64,000 nt of DNA from a virus (IMGVR_UViG_3300027608_000010); one strand, 5' to 3'. Positions 48,960 through 58,700 are shown, counted from the first letter of the stretch. Program-made: numbers and translations. The notes: a model not told the origin generated them from the sequence alone.

Positions 48960-49853
48960 TTACTGTAGCTCGGCTGTATTATACTCATCAAATGCTGTTA
49001 CAACCAATAATTCCCCGGTACTTCTTTGCTTCATTTTACCATTAAGATTCTGAGTAGACGGGGTGCCGCCGTCAAATGTACCACTACTGGTTATTGTCTT
49101 TTCAGCTCCATTACCTGAATCTGCTAATTTATTTGCATTATCAACTACGCTTAACAACAATACTGTCTGATTACCAGTGATTGCCACTGTACCAACCGTA
49201 CTAGGTTGAGTTGCTGATAATGGATTAATCGCTGTAGGAAAGGTAGAGGTATAGACTGCTAAACCCTTAACTATTCTAAACTGCGTGATATATCCAGCAA
49301 AATTGTCATCTGCATTAGTTAGTACTTCGCCACCAATTGACAAAGGTCTTGATGCTATTGAATTGTAAGATGACGTTGTATCATATATTTTTTCTACTCC
49401 GTTAACAAACAATCTAGTCACTGCTGACGAATACCTTACTAGGGCAACGTGAAACCAAACATTTTGCGGGATAACACCTGAACCACTTTGTTGAGAACTT
49501 GATCCATTATATAAAGCTATAGTTGAACCAGAAATTAATACGCTATCACCCGTAGCCAAATCCCACAAATGCTGTGAAGCAGAAGATGTTGTTTTGAACC
49601 AACCTTCAATAGTGTAAGCCGCATGCCCAAACATAAAATCAACTGAGCCTTGAATATAAATCCTATCACTAGTTCCGTTTAATAACAATGAGCCACCACT
49701 AGGTGTACCAAGTGAAAGAGTGCGCTCATCAAATCTGTCAGAGTAAACAAGACCTGTTTCTTCAATTGAATTATAAGAGAGGGTAACCTCATCGAATTCT
49801 GTTCGGGCTAGTAAGGTTCCGTTTTCTAATAATCTTGCCGCTATCGTTGCCAT
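48960..49853 (-). CDS. MATIAARL-family protein with one LamG module
   Basis: YTIEGWFK..WFHVALVRY..FVNG..GYITQFRIVKG lectin core between MATIAARL-type ends. Confidence 0.8.
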   Translation of the reverse strand: MATIAARLLENGTLLARTEFDEVTLSYNSIEETGLVYSDRFDERTLSLGTPSGGSLLLNGTSDRIYIQGSVDFMFGHAAYTIEGWFKTTSSASQHLWDLATGDSVLISGSTIALYNGSSSQQSGSGVIPQNVWFHVALVRYSSAVTRLFVNGVEKIYDTTSSYNSIASRPLSIGGEVLTNADDNFAGYITQFRIVKGLAVYTSTFPTAINPLSATQPSTVGTVAITGNQTVLLLSVVDNANKLADSGNGAEKTITSSGTFDGGTPSTQNLNGKMKQRSTGELLVVTAFDEYNTAELQ

Positions 49854-49866
49854 ATGTTATTTCCTT

Positions 49867-50316
49867 TTATCCGTTAAATTTAAAATCTATACTAGCTGAG
49901 GTGTCATTATAACTTAATGCAGCAGCCGCATTGCCAGCGGCATTAGCTAGATTAAGATTTCCACCTACAGTCAAGTCTTTTGCTACTCCCATCCCACCCA
50001 ATGTTGTAAAACTTCCCGAAGAAATAGTAGTGGAGTCTGTAGTAGTATTTATTGTTAAATTTGAATTAATGACGACAGAAGTAGCATTTGCAGTAATACT
50101 TTGCCCATTAATGTTTAATTCATTGGATAGAAATACATCTTTGTATCTTAGTGATGTATTTCCTAGATTATATATACCAGAAGTTCCTGGATTTAGATTA
50201 GATATTACATATCGTTGTACTGCAATGTTACTGACATTGGCATTTCCGCTTTCTGCATCAAGCGTAATATTACCTGTTGTTATACCGGTTTTTACATTGA
50301 AATATCGATTTGTCAT
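49867..50316 (-). CDS. 149-aa short fibre/structural protein
   Basis: YFNVKTGITTG start, NLNPGTSGIYNLGNTSLRYKDVFL repeat, C-terminal IDFKFNG. Confidence 0.7.
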   Translation of the reverse strand: MTNRYFNVKTGITTGNITLDAESGNANVSNIAVQRYVISNLNPGTSGIYNLGNTSLRYKDVFLSNELNINGQSITANATSVVINSNLTINTTTDSTTISSGSFTTLGGMGVAKDLTVGGNLNLANAAGNAAAALSYNDTSASIDFKFNG

Positions 50317-50335
50317 TGTCTAAAGTTCTCTGATA

Positions 50336-51445
50336 TTAGTCTTTGACATAGGTTCCCACGAAATTAACGAACGTGCTTGATCTTCCTGCATAATTCGCTG
50401 CCCATAAGCATACATTACCAGAATATACATTACTAGACAATGATATTATATCCTGATCAGTTGTGCTAATTGCACCATAAACAGTAACAAAACTAGTTGA
50501 TCCATCGTGTATTAGAAGAACTTCTACTGATTCGTAACCCGTATTATCCCCAGCCTTTATGACGTATTTAGCCGTTCTATATGTTGCGGGTAAAAAACTA
50601 TCGATTAAAGTTGACGTGCCTACCGCCACATTTGTAGCTGTACTTTCTATTTTGGGTGTGACTAATGCGTTAGCCGTTATTCTATCGGAAGATGAATTCT
50701 GAGTAAGTATTAAATTACCACTAATAGTAAGATTACCGGTAACTACTGAATTGACCGCATCTAATACTACATTTCCTGTACCATTTGGTTGTAATAAAAT
50801 GTTAGCATTCGTATTTAAACTAGAAACAACGTTATTTACAATACGCAAGTTACCAATATTTGCAGTTTCAAGTACAGCAGCCTCTGTTGAGACCATACCA
50901 ATTGCGCCAACATATCGACCACCTGATACAAAAATTCTATTTGTTGTATTTGGAGATGCGATTGCTGAGGGGATATTGGTACCAATAAAATTTAATACGC
51001 CTGCTTGATAGTCAAAGTACCATTCATCACTATTACCTGATCCAGCAGCAAAAATCTTAGTGCCAGTTGATTGAGGTGTGGTTGATCCTGCAGTATCAAT
51101 ATATACTTGAACTTGATATGTTGATCCGAATTCAACCGGGACCCAATCAGTTAATCCAGTTTTCCATGTTCTATTATCTGACGCAGTTGTATCTTCTGTA
51201 GTTTGAACTGTTGCAGACCAACTGCCTACACCATCTTTATATACACCCACAACAGTTGTTGTGGCAGCTGGTAGTAACGCAGGAATAGAACCTGCCAATT
51301 GCCAAATCTTATCACCACGAATAAGTAACGGACTGGCAATTGCTTCTTCGTATGCCTTCTTATTGGTGTCAGTGTCAGTTTTGGCTACGCCATATCCTAC
51401 TTTTTTCCATAAGTAGTCAACTTTTTGTGTATCAGATATAGCCAT
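50336..51445 (-). CDS. 369-aa virion protein (MAISDTQK family, copy 2)
   Basis: Start reassigned to ATG 51445 (TAATG overlap). C-terminal LIDSF..YRTAKYVIK..EVLLIHDG domain. Confidence 0.8.
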   Translation of the reverse strand: MAISDTQKVDYLWKKVGYGVAKTDTDTNKKAYEEAIASPLLIRGDKIWQLAGSIPALLPAATTTVVGVYKDGVGSWSATVQTTEDTTASDNRTWKTGLTDWVPVEFGSTYQVQVYIDTAGSTTPQSTGTKIFAAGSGNSDEWYFDYQAGVLNFIGTNIPSAIASPNTTNRIFVSGGRYVGAIGMVSTEAAVLETANIGNLRIVNNVVSSLNTNANILLQPNGTGNVVLDAVNSVVTGNLTISGNLILTQNSSSDRITANALVTPKIESTATNVAVGTSTLIDSFLPATYRTAKYVIKAGDNTGYESVEVLLIHDGSTSFVTVYGAISTTDQDIISLSSNVYSGNVCLWAANYAGRSSTFVNFVGTYVKD

Positions 51446-54378
51446 TATGCAAAACTCCATGAAGTTACAGTATCACCTGAATTAAGTGCTATACTGAATA
51501 AAATTTGATTTCCGAATGAATTTGTTGAACTTGCAGTACCAAATGATATAGTGTAAGTTTGTGCTGATATTGCAGTTCCATACGGAACTACTGTACCAAT
51601 TGCACATCCATTCGTACCATTACCCCCGTTAGCTGGGCGGCCACTGCTTCCGTCATTATAGCCAGGAACACCCGATCCGTTATATGGAAGATTTGCATCA
51701 AGCCAGCCATTTAGCGAACTTGCCGTATCAATTGCAGTACCGGGTAAAGCAAAATACAAACCACGAATTGTACCGCTGATTGTTACTGTAATACTACTTC
51801 TTGCTGTTCTAGTAAAAGCACCAAAGAAAAACTGTGCTCCACTACGACCAGTTGCTAGATCAGGTCCTGTTGGTAAATAACCAGTTGACAAATCTGTTGC
51901 AAAGTGTTTTAATGCATTCCAGCGAACAACTGCACTATCTGTTCCTGCTATAGTTTGAGCACCGGTCCATGGACTATTATAATAATTTGTAGAAGAACTA
52001 TATACTCTTGTTGCACCTGTACCAGCAATTACAATACGTTTTGCAACTGCACTTGTTCCGCCAACTGTACAAGCAATACTATCTTCAACAAATCCACTTG
52101 GTGTAGATGTGAACACTTGAATTTTCTTACTGAATGTTGATGCAGTACCTGTACCATTTACATTAGTTGCTTTAAATTGAATCTCTTGCACTGATACTAC
52201 ACTTGACGCAGTAAGTGCAACACTTTGTGGACCAATTGTTGCTTTATTTGAACTGTCTTTACCTGTATCAGCATTTGGATTATTACCAGTTAAGAATGTA
52301 CTTGGTGCACTCGTATTCAATTGTGCATAAGTTTTTGTTTGTGTTGCAACTACTGCACCGGTTGTTGATTCATAGTTTGTACCAGCCTGAATTGTAAAAG
52401 GTGTTGCAGTATTGTATGGCCCTAAATAAGTCTGACCAATCCAATCATAAATTTTACCAGTTGTTAATGTTAGTGTTGGACTACCTGTATTGTAGTACGG
52501 AACACCTGAAATGTAACGATATGTTCCTGCAGTACCTTCAGTTAGCGTAGCATTACTTAAATCTACTGTTGGGGCAGATATTACGTCATCTTTAACAAAT
52601 TCAACAACGTTTGTATTTCCACCTGTACTATGACGTAATTGTAAACTGTTTACACCCGGACTAACTGCACTTGCTGCCTTAGCAACACGGGCTTTTAATC
52701 CACTGAATAAGCTAGGACTATAAATTGATGATGCAAATGTTGTAGTGATACCTGCACTAGTTAATAAATTATAATCACTTTCACTATCAATCACTAATGA
52801 CATATTTGTACCAGAGTCATCACCTGCTGATAAAGTGATACTACCATTATCATTATCATTGACATATGCACTTATTACACCTGATGATGCAGGGTAAGCA
52901 AATGAAGTCATTGCTACTGTATTAATTGTACCAGAAGTTAATATAGTTCTATTAACCAATGTTCCTGCAGTATACACCACTGTTGTTGCTCTGTTGTTTG
53001 CAAATCCAGCAACAAGATATGGTGCTGTGCCTGTACTTGAACTGAATGTAATTGTTTTTGTACTTAGATTTGCAGGGGCAGCAATACCTGGATCGTAAAT
53101 CTTTATTGTTGATGTAGTAGAATTATTGACTCCAGCAGAAACGAACGGTGGGTTTGTAGAGTGCGATGTCAATGTCAATGTAATTGTTCTTGTGCCTGTT
53201 CCAGAGTTTTGAGTAGATCCATACGTATGACTCTTACGACCACCACCAACACCACCGTTAACGCTATCACTACTGATGGTATCTGTATTGCCATCACCCC
53301 AATTAATTGTGTAAGTAACTGCAGCCATACTAGTATTAGTTGTAGTATTTTCTAAATAGAAGGTTTCACCTTCACTTACATATAGAGTACTACCTGATAA
53401 TACAGTACCACCTGTTGTACCTCTATATAAGCCAAAGCCCATTACTGGATTTGCAGTATAGATAGCAATATAATCAGTGAGAGTTGTGCTAGCACTGCTA
53501 CCAGTGCCCGACCCACCGTTGTTATATGCAGTAACAGTTACATCATATGGGCTATCAGTATTAGTATTATATTGATGAGATGGAATAGGAGATAAAGTTG
53601 TTAATCCTGTTGTGTTTGAAGTACCATCACCCCAATTAATATCCCATCGATTTGGACTACCGTATGTTGCTACAGGTGTACTAGATATAGTCAAGCCTAC
53701 ATATGTTCCAACACCAGCCGCTATCACGTTTGCAGTAAATACCGGAGCTTTTACGTATGTGAGATTTCTAACATTTTCCATTACTTCATTTAAATCGTCA
53801 ATAGCGTCAGTTACTTTGGTGTTAGATGTCCAATTTGTTACTGTTCCCGGACTAACTAAATTACCAGGAGAAGCATCAACTGCTGTTGTAGGATATCCTA
53901 ATGGAATTGCATTTCCAACACTACCTGATATTGAACTTGCAGATAGAGTTCCGTTGATATTAAGATTACCTAATCTTACATTTCCAAATTCATTAAACGT
54001 TACTACATTGTTAGCAACTGATACATTGCTACCAAATGAAAATTCACTATTACTATTATCCCAGCCTATAAACGCATCAATGGCCTGACCATCATAGTAA
54101 TGTAATACATGACCTCTGTCTTTGTTGTCATCAACTGTTATTATATTACCGTCTCTGTCACCGCCAATGTCTACTAATGGATCAGTGATATATGTAGTAG
54201 TAGTTTCAATATATGAAACGGTCCCAAGAACGGTTAGGTTACCGGCAATATTTGCATCACCTGAAACTGTTAAATTGGCAGCAGATACGTTACCAATGCT
54301 GTCAATAATGTCTACGACATTATCGTCACCAACTGAGTAACCTGCAATAGAATTGAATTTTTTAAGAGTAGCTGTCAT
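51445..54378 (-). CDS. 977-aa virion protein with PKD-like domains
   Basis: WDINWGDGT and YTINWGDGN signatures; paralog of the 1370-aa C-terminal region. Confidence 0.8.
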   Translation of the reverse strand: MTATLKKFNSIAGYSVGDDNVVDIIDSIGNVSAANLTVSGDANIAGNLTVLGTVSYIETTTTYITDPLVDIGGDRDGNIITVDDNKDRGHVLHYYDGQAIDAFIGWDNSNSEFSFGSNVSVANNVVTFNEFGNVRLGNLNINGTLSASSISGSVGNAIPLGYPTTAVDASPGNLVSPGTVTNWTSNTKVTDAIDDLNEVMENVRNLTYVKAPVFTANVIAAGVGTYVGLTISSTPVATYGSPNRWDINWGDGTSNTTGLTTLSPIPSHQYNTNTDSPYDVTVTAYNNGGSGTGSSASTTLTDYIAIYTANPVMGFGLYRGTTGGTVLSGSTLYVSEGETFYLENTTTNTSMAAVTYTINWGDGNTDTISSDSVNGGVGGGRKSHTYGSTQNSGTGTRTITLTLTSHSTNPPFVSAGVNNSTTSTIKIYDPGIAAPANLSTKTITFSSSTGTAPYLVAGFANNRATTVVYTAGTLVNRTILTSGTINTVAMTSFAYPASSGVISAYVNDNDNGSITLSAGDDSGTNMSLVIDSESDYNLLTSAGITTTFASSIYSPSLFSGLKARVAKAASAVSPGVNSLQLRHSTGGNTNVVEFVKDDVISAPTVDLSNATLTEGTAGTYRYISGVPYYNTGSPTLTLTTGKIYDWIGQTYLGPYNTATPFTIQAGTNYESTTGAVVATQTKTYAQLNTSAPSTFLTGNNPNADTGKDSSNKATIGPQSVALTASSVVSVQEIQFKATNVNGTGTASTFSKKIQVFTSTPSGFVEDSIACTVGGTSAVAKRIVIAGTGATRVYSSSTNYYNSPWTGAQTIAGTDSAVVRWNALKHFATDLSTGYLPTGPDLATGRSGAQFFFGAFTRTARSSITVTISGTIRGLYFALPGTAIDTASSLNGWLDANLPYNGSGVPGYNDGSSGRPANGGNGTNGCAIGTVVPYGTAISAQTYTISFGTASSTNSFGNQILFSIALNSGDTVTSWSFA

Positions 54379-54389
54379 TTAAGTTCTCG

Positions 54390-57389
54390 TTAGATAGTTT
54401 TATATTGTGTAGTCCACAAGATAGGATTAGTACTTGACGGAGTTACAAGAAGTTGTACCTTACCACCGCTATAGTTTGCACTAAGTCTACCAACCCAACC
54501 TCCAATATTTACAGTACCATATACATCATATGAGATATTAGCTCCATCATGTACACATGCAACAGTAGCAATACTGTATTTGAATGCAGTTGTATCTTCA
54601 CCTTTGACAAAGAATTCAACTCCACGATATGATGCGGCATCTACTTCAGCAATAATTTGTCCAACGGTCGTTGCAGTTGTTGTGATTGTACTAGATCGGA
54701 TTGATGAGTTACCAATTTTAACTGTTGTTGGGCTAATTTGACCAACAGTAATGTCACCTAAATGTACATACCCAGAAACATTAAGATTACCGACAAGATT
54801 AGCACCCGAGTTGTGTACCGTGAATGTTGTTACTCCACTAACAGTAGATACAATGTTACCATTGTTGTACGCATAAACGTTACTAGTACCGTTGGATAAT
54901 ATACCTTTATTAATAGCAGTAAAACTTAGTGTTCCTGCACCGTCTGTGTTCAATACTAAAACTTCACCTGAACCCGGAACAGTAGGATTATCTGCTAATG
55001 GGTATTGTAGTCCGCCTGCATATAAATTACTTGCTCTAATTTTATCAATGTTTGCAAAATTCGAAACGCTAATATTAGCTAAACCTGACATATCAGTAAT
55101 ATTTGGTTGACTAGATGTTTCTATTCTACCGTATATATTTGCACTAATTAAATTACCTAAATGCAAATTAGCATATGTACCTGTTGCAACTTCATTAGTT
55201 AACGTTGCACCGGAAAGAATTTCAAATTCTCTATTAGCAGTTGACCAACCAAAGAATTGATTTGATGCGGCACTGCTATAATAATTACGTAATAATAAAC
55301 CCCTATCACCAGTAACAGTGCCTGCTAGATCATTAGCATTTCCTGAACCACCCAATGAAATTACTGGATCAGTCGAGTCAATATTTGTTACATTAATATA
55401 AGTAGTTGTTCCGTTGACTGTTAAGTTACCAGTAATATCTAAATTACCACCAACACTTGTATCCGATCCGACAGATAAACTACCGGATATATTTGCATTC
55501 TTTGGTGCAACTGTTGTTCCAACTATTAAGTTTCCACCAACGTTAGCTATGCCACCTACATTGATATTTCCACCAATACCAACGCCACCTGTTACTACAA
55601 AAGCACCAGTATTAACATCAGTTGAAGTTGTAGTATTTGATACTTTACTATTTCCCCAAACTAATAAATTTGCGGGAGTAGCGACATTTCCAATAATAAC
55701 GTTACCATAAGTCTGTACATTACCGGCAACAAGATTACCAGTAACAATTTGATCTGTTGTGGTAACTGATCCGGTACCGGTAGATGAAATTGTAGCAGTG
55801 CCTAATCTAATACTATATCCAGATAACCACAAGTCTTTCCAAGGATGAGTTTCAGAACCCAAATCATAACCTATATGATTTGCCCCATCACCGGCGATAG
55901 ATGGAATCAAATTTGACGTAACATAATTTCTTACATTCAAATTACCTATATCTAATGCACCAACAATATTTGCATTACCACCAACATATGCATCACCTGA
56001 AATATTTGCATTAGTTTTTGCAGTAGAGTTACCAATTAAGATATTACCATATATTTGTGTGTTTGCGGAAATTGATACATTACCACCAAATACAGAATCA
56101 CCTCGTACATTAGCAGTCTCTACTACATAAAGAGTTTTACTTTTAACTTCTCCTGAAGTAACCGCAATATTACCTGAGCCAACTAAATTTCCCGCAGTAT
56201 CAAATGATAGTGTACTACCGTTTGTAGCATCAAAGTAGAAGCCACCTAAATTAGCAATCAATGTCGAATGGTTTGCACCATCGTCATATTTCAACTCAAC
56301 CTTACCACCTGCGCCAGGAGCATTAATGCTGACTATATTTGTAGATGTACCAACAATATATCCACCAGTACTGAATACAACATTAGAAAGATTAGTAACA
56401 TTTCCTACACTAACATTACCACCAAATGTGACTAGATTACTGGTTTTATTGTATGTAATACCATTAGCACCGGCAATTGCATTACCGTCATTGAATAATA
56501 CTGTTGTATCTAAACCTTGATTTGCAAGTGACGTTGAGAAAATAGTACCATATATATTACCATATATATTGCTTGTTACATTTCCTGCAACATCAAGGTT
56601 GCCAATAATATTTGCACCTGCAGAAAGATTAAGATGTCCTGCTTGTAAATTTGCATTACCAGAAGCATAGGTGAATACCCATGCATTGGCTGCTTCTGTC
56701 CATAATAATGATGTACTAGATCCTGTACCACGATCAATTTGAAAACCTGATGTTCCTGAACTTACGCTTGACCCAGATTCACCTTTGTTTAGAATAACAA
56801 TATTATCTTCAATTGTTGTGTTTGTTGTTTCTAAACTTGTTAATGATCCTTGAACTGTTAGATTACCACCAATAGTAGCATCACCACTGGTGTAAAAGTT
56901 ATTAGCCTTTAGTTTATCTTCTGCAAAATCATAATAAAGATTAGCAGTATCTTGTAATCGATGAGAGTTATTAGAAAGAACTAGCCTAGTGTCTGTTAAA
57001 TTGTTTGCATAAATATTTGCACCAACAATGTTACCGGAGACACTTACGTTTGATGTTAAAAATTGTCCATTAGCAGGATAAAAAGCTAAGTTTACATTTG
57101 AACTAAAATTATTACCAACATTATATTGAATTTCATAGTTAGCACCGGCTGCTTCTTGTAAGTCCCATGCAATACCGTTTGCATATAGTAGATGGTCTGT
57201 TCTAAGATTACCAGTAAGTATTGTATTACCAACGATAAGATTACCATTACCTGCAGCTATTGTACCAATAGTAACATTTGATGTTAGTCTAGCATTACCG
57301 GTCGTTATATCACCGTTTGCTAATATGACACTCGTTGGGAGTTCACCTACTGAGAAACCACCAACTGAGTTAAATGTGCGAATAGCCAT
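54390..57389 (-). CDS. 999-aa fibre protein
   Basis: FNSVGGFSVG start, GNxxxxGN shaft repeats, IEDNIV..DRG module, C-terminal YRGVEFFVK..VHDG..YGTV domain. Confidence 0.8.
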   Translation of the reverse strand: MAIRTFNSVGGFSVGELPTSVILANGDITTGNARLTSNVTIGTIAAGNGNLIVGNTILTGNLRTDHLLYANGIAWDLQEAAGANYEIQYNVGNNFSSNVNLAFYPANGQFLTSNVSVSGNIVGANIYANNLTDTRLVLSNNSHRLQDTANLYYDFAEDKLKANNFYTSGDATIGGNLTVQGSLTSLETTNTTIEDNIVILNKGESGSSVSSGTSGFQIDRGTGSSTSLLWTEAANAWVFTYASGNANLQAGHLNLSAGANIIGNLDVAGNVTSNIYGNIYGTIFSTSLANQGLDTTVLFNDGNAIAGANGITYNKTSNLVTFGGNVSVGNVTNLSNVVFSTGGYIVGTSTNIVSINAPGAGGKVELKYDDGANHSTLIANLGGFYFDATNGSTLSFDTAGNLVGSGNIAVTSGEVKSKTLYVVETANVRGDSVFGGNVSISANTQIYGNILIGNSTAKTNANISGDAYVGGNANIVGALDIGNLNVRNYVTSNLIPSIAGDGANHIGYDLGSETHPWKDLWLSGYSIRLGTATISSTGTGSVTTTDQIVTGNLVAGNVQTYGNVIIGNVATPANLLVWGNSKVSNTTTSTDVNTGAFVVTGGVGIGGNINVGGIANVGGNLIVGTTVAPKNANISGSLSVGSDTSVGGNLDITGNLTVNGTTTYINVTNIDSTDPVISLGGSGNANDLAGTVTGDRGLLLRNYYSSAASNQFFGWSTANREFEILSGATLTNEVATGTYANLHLGNLISANIYGRIETSSQPNITDMSGLANISVSNFANIDKIRASNLYAGGLQYPLADNPTVPGSGEVLVLNTDGAGTLSFTAINKGILSNGTSNVYAYNNGNIVSTVSGVTTFTVHNSGANLVGNLNVSGYVHLGDITVGQISPTTVKIGNSSIRSSTITTTATTVGQIIAEVDAASYRGVEFFVKGEDTTAFKYSIATVACVHDGANISYDVYGTVNIGGWVGRLSANYSGGKVQLLVTPSSTNPILWTTQYKTI

Positions 57390-57404
57390 GTCTTTTTATC
57401 CTTA

Positions 57405-58103
57405 TTAATCTTTAAATTTTGTAATCAAAATTTTATATTCTGTCAAATCTGCTGTCATCGGAGATGCAGTTAATACTACATTACCGGCTCCGCCACCTGC
57501 TTCAAAACTAACTCTAAAATCAGCTACTCCAGGACTTGTTATTGGTAAATCTACTGTACCAAATTCAGAATACTCTACTGTACTTCCTAAGATTGCCGCG
57601 TTTAAATCACTTACTTGTCTATAATTTAATGAAGTATTGGTTGCAATGATCGTGTAGTTAATTGCTGAAATACTACTAGCATATGATCTATGCAATACTT
57701 GATATGCCGATGCACTACTAGTAGTAGAAATTTGTGATGAAATTTCATAGAATTGGTTTGGAGGTAACCCTAATGTGAAAGTTGAGGCTGCTAGATCGCT
57801 TTCTACTGTTACTGATTTTGTAACTTTATCATATAAAACTCCTTCAGCACTAACAGCAATTTGACCGTCATTGAATAATAGTGCGCCCTGAGAACCTGAA
57901 ATTGTAATGTTACCTGAAACATTACCGGTAATATTACCATTGATGTTTGTTGCACTGATATCACCTGATACTGCTAAGTTACCTGATAAACTAACATTAC
58001 CAAATCTTGCTCTATCTGCTGTAATATACCCATTGGCAGCTACAACTTGGATAGGTGGAATTCCTACCGTGTAACCATAGGGTGCATTAAAAGGTTCTGA
58101 CAT
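57405..58103 (-). CDS. 232-aa short fibre/structural protein
   Basis: FNAPYGYTVG start; C-terminal domain related to those of the 999-aa and 369-aa proteins; GGAG RBS. Confidence 0.75.
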   Translation of the reverse strand: MSEPFNAPYGYTVGIPPIQVVAANGYITADRARFGNVSLSGNLAVSGDISATNINGNITGNVSGNITISGSQGALLFNDGQIAVSAEGVLYDKVTKSVTVESDLAASTFTLGLPPNQFYEISSQISTTSSASAYQVLHRSYASSISAINYTIIATNTSLNYRQVSDLNAAILGSTVEYSEFGTVDLPITSPGVADFRVSFEAGGGAGNVVLTASPMTADLTEYKILITKFKD

Positions 58104-58130
58104 ATTTCTCCCAAATATTTTTATATACTT

Positions 58131-58138
58131 TATTTATC
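58131..58138 (-). promoter_or_regulatory. T4-late-like promoter opening the fibre array
   Basis: GATAAATA downstream of the terminator, upstream of 58103. Confidence 0.6.
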
Positions 58139-58171
58139 AGTTTTGGGAAATAGTATAAGTGAGCATATACC

Positions 58172-58199
58172 AAAAAAAAGAGCACCGAAGTGCTCTTTT
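58172..58199 (-). terminator. Intrinsic terminator with cUUCGg tetraloop
   Basis: Minus strand AAAAGAGCAC-TTCG-GTGCTC-T8; UUCG loops are typical of T4 terminators. Confidence 0.85.
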
Positions 58200-58219
58200 A
58201 CTTTTAATCAAATTACTGA

Positions 58220-58573
58220 TTAGTTTGTGAACGTTGCTGTAGCAGTAGTTGTTCCGCCTGTAGCTGTATCTAATGTTCCTGTTGTCCAAGCCTCTGTTGG
58301 ATAGCAAGCAAAAGCGATTGTATCTGTACTTGTATTAGTTACTTCGTACATGTAAATAGTTGCTTTTGTTTGAATAGCTTGAACACATGCGTTCAACACA
58401 TCACCATCAGTTGCTACACTAGCTAATGCGATAGTGAAGAAGTCTAATTTTGGACCTTGTGGTTGAACTGTTGCTGCTGAAGTTACAGCATTAACTCCAC
58501 CAACTGTATAGTCTGGTGTGTCAAAGTTTGCTACTGGGTTATAGTCACCATGGACTCTAGTTACGAATGGCAT
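58220..58573 (-). CDS. 117-aa protein directly after the major capsid gene; candidate capsid decoration protein
   Basis: Own promoter and terminator, AAGGAAA RBS. Function inferred from position only. Confidence 0.6.
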   Translation of the reverse strand: MPFVTRVHGDYNPVANFDTPDYTVGGVNAVTSAATVQPQGPKLDFFTIALASVATDGDVLNACVQAIQTKATIYMYEVTNTSTDTIAFACYPTEAWTTGTLDTATGGTTTATATFTN

Positions 58574-58622
58574 AATAAATTTCCTTTAAATTGTTGCACT
58601 TCATATAGAGAGTGCATACTAT

Positions 58623-58630
58623 TATTTATG
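58623..58630 (-). promoter_or_regulatory. T4-late-like promoter
   Basis: CATAAATA directly after the post-capsid terminator. Confidence 0.6.
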
Positions 58631-58640
58631 CCACTGCAAC

Positions 58641-58668
58641 AAAAAAGGGCACCTAAGTGCCCTTTTTT
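58641..58668 (-). terminator. Intrinsic terminator after major capsid gene
   Basis: AAAAAAGGGCAC-TTAG-GTGCCC-TTTTTT, symmetric and potentially bidirectional. Confidence 0.85.
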
Positions 58669-58700
58669 GACCTTCCCATCCCTGGGTTAGTACTCCAATA

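Noticed and set aside
7079-58103. Diversity-generating retroelement acting on the adhesins
   Set aside because: No reverse transcriptase, no non-coding template repeat and no adenine-specific mismatch pattern was seen. The repeats are all in-frame coding copies. An RT elsewhere in the genome cannot be excluded.
7079-58103. Invertase-driven shufflon or phase-variable tail-fibre inversion
   Set aside because: All modules are in one orientation, with no recombinase gene or inverted crossover sites in the window.
58669-58700. Purine-rich CCCAGGGATGGGAAGG stretch between the gp23 stop and its terminator as a possible RNA element
   Set aside because: Too short, with no supportable structure from one sequence; would need a cross-genome alignment.
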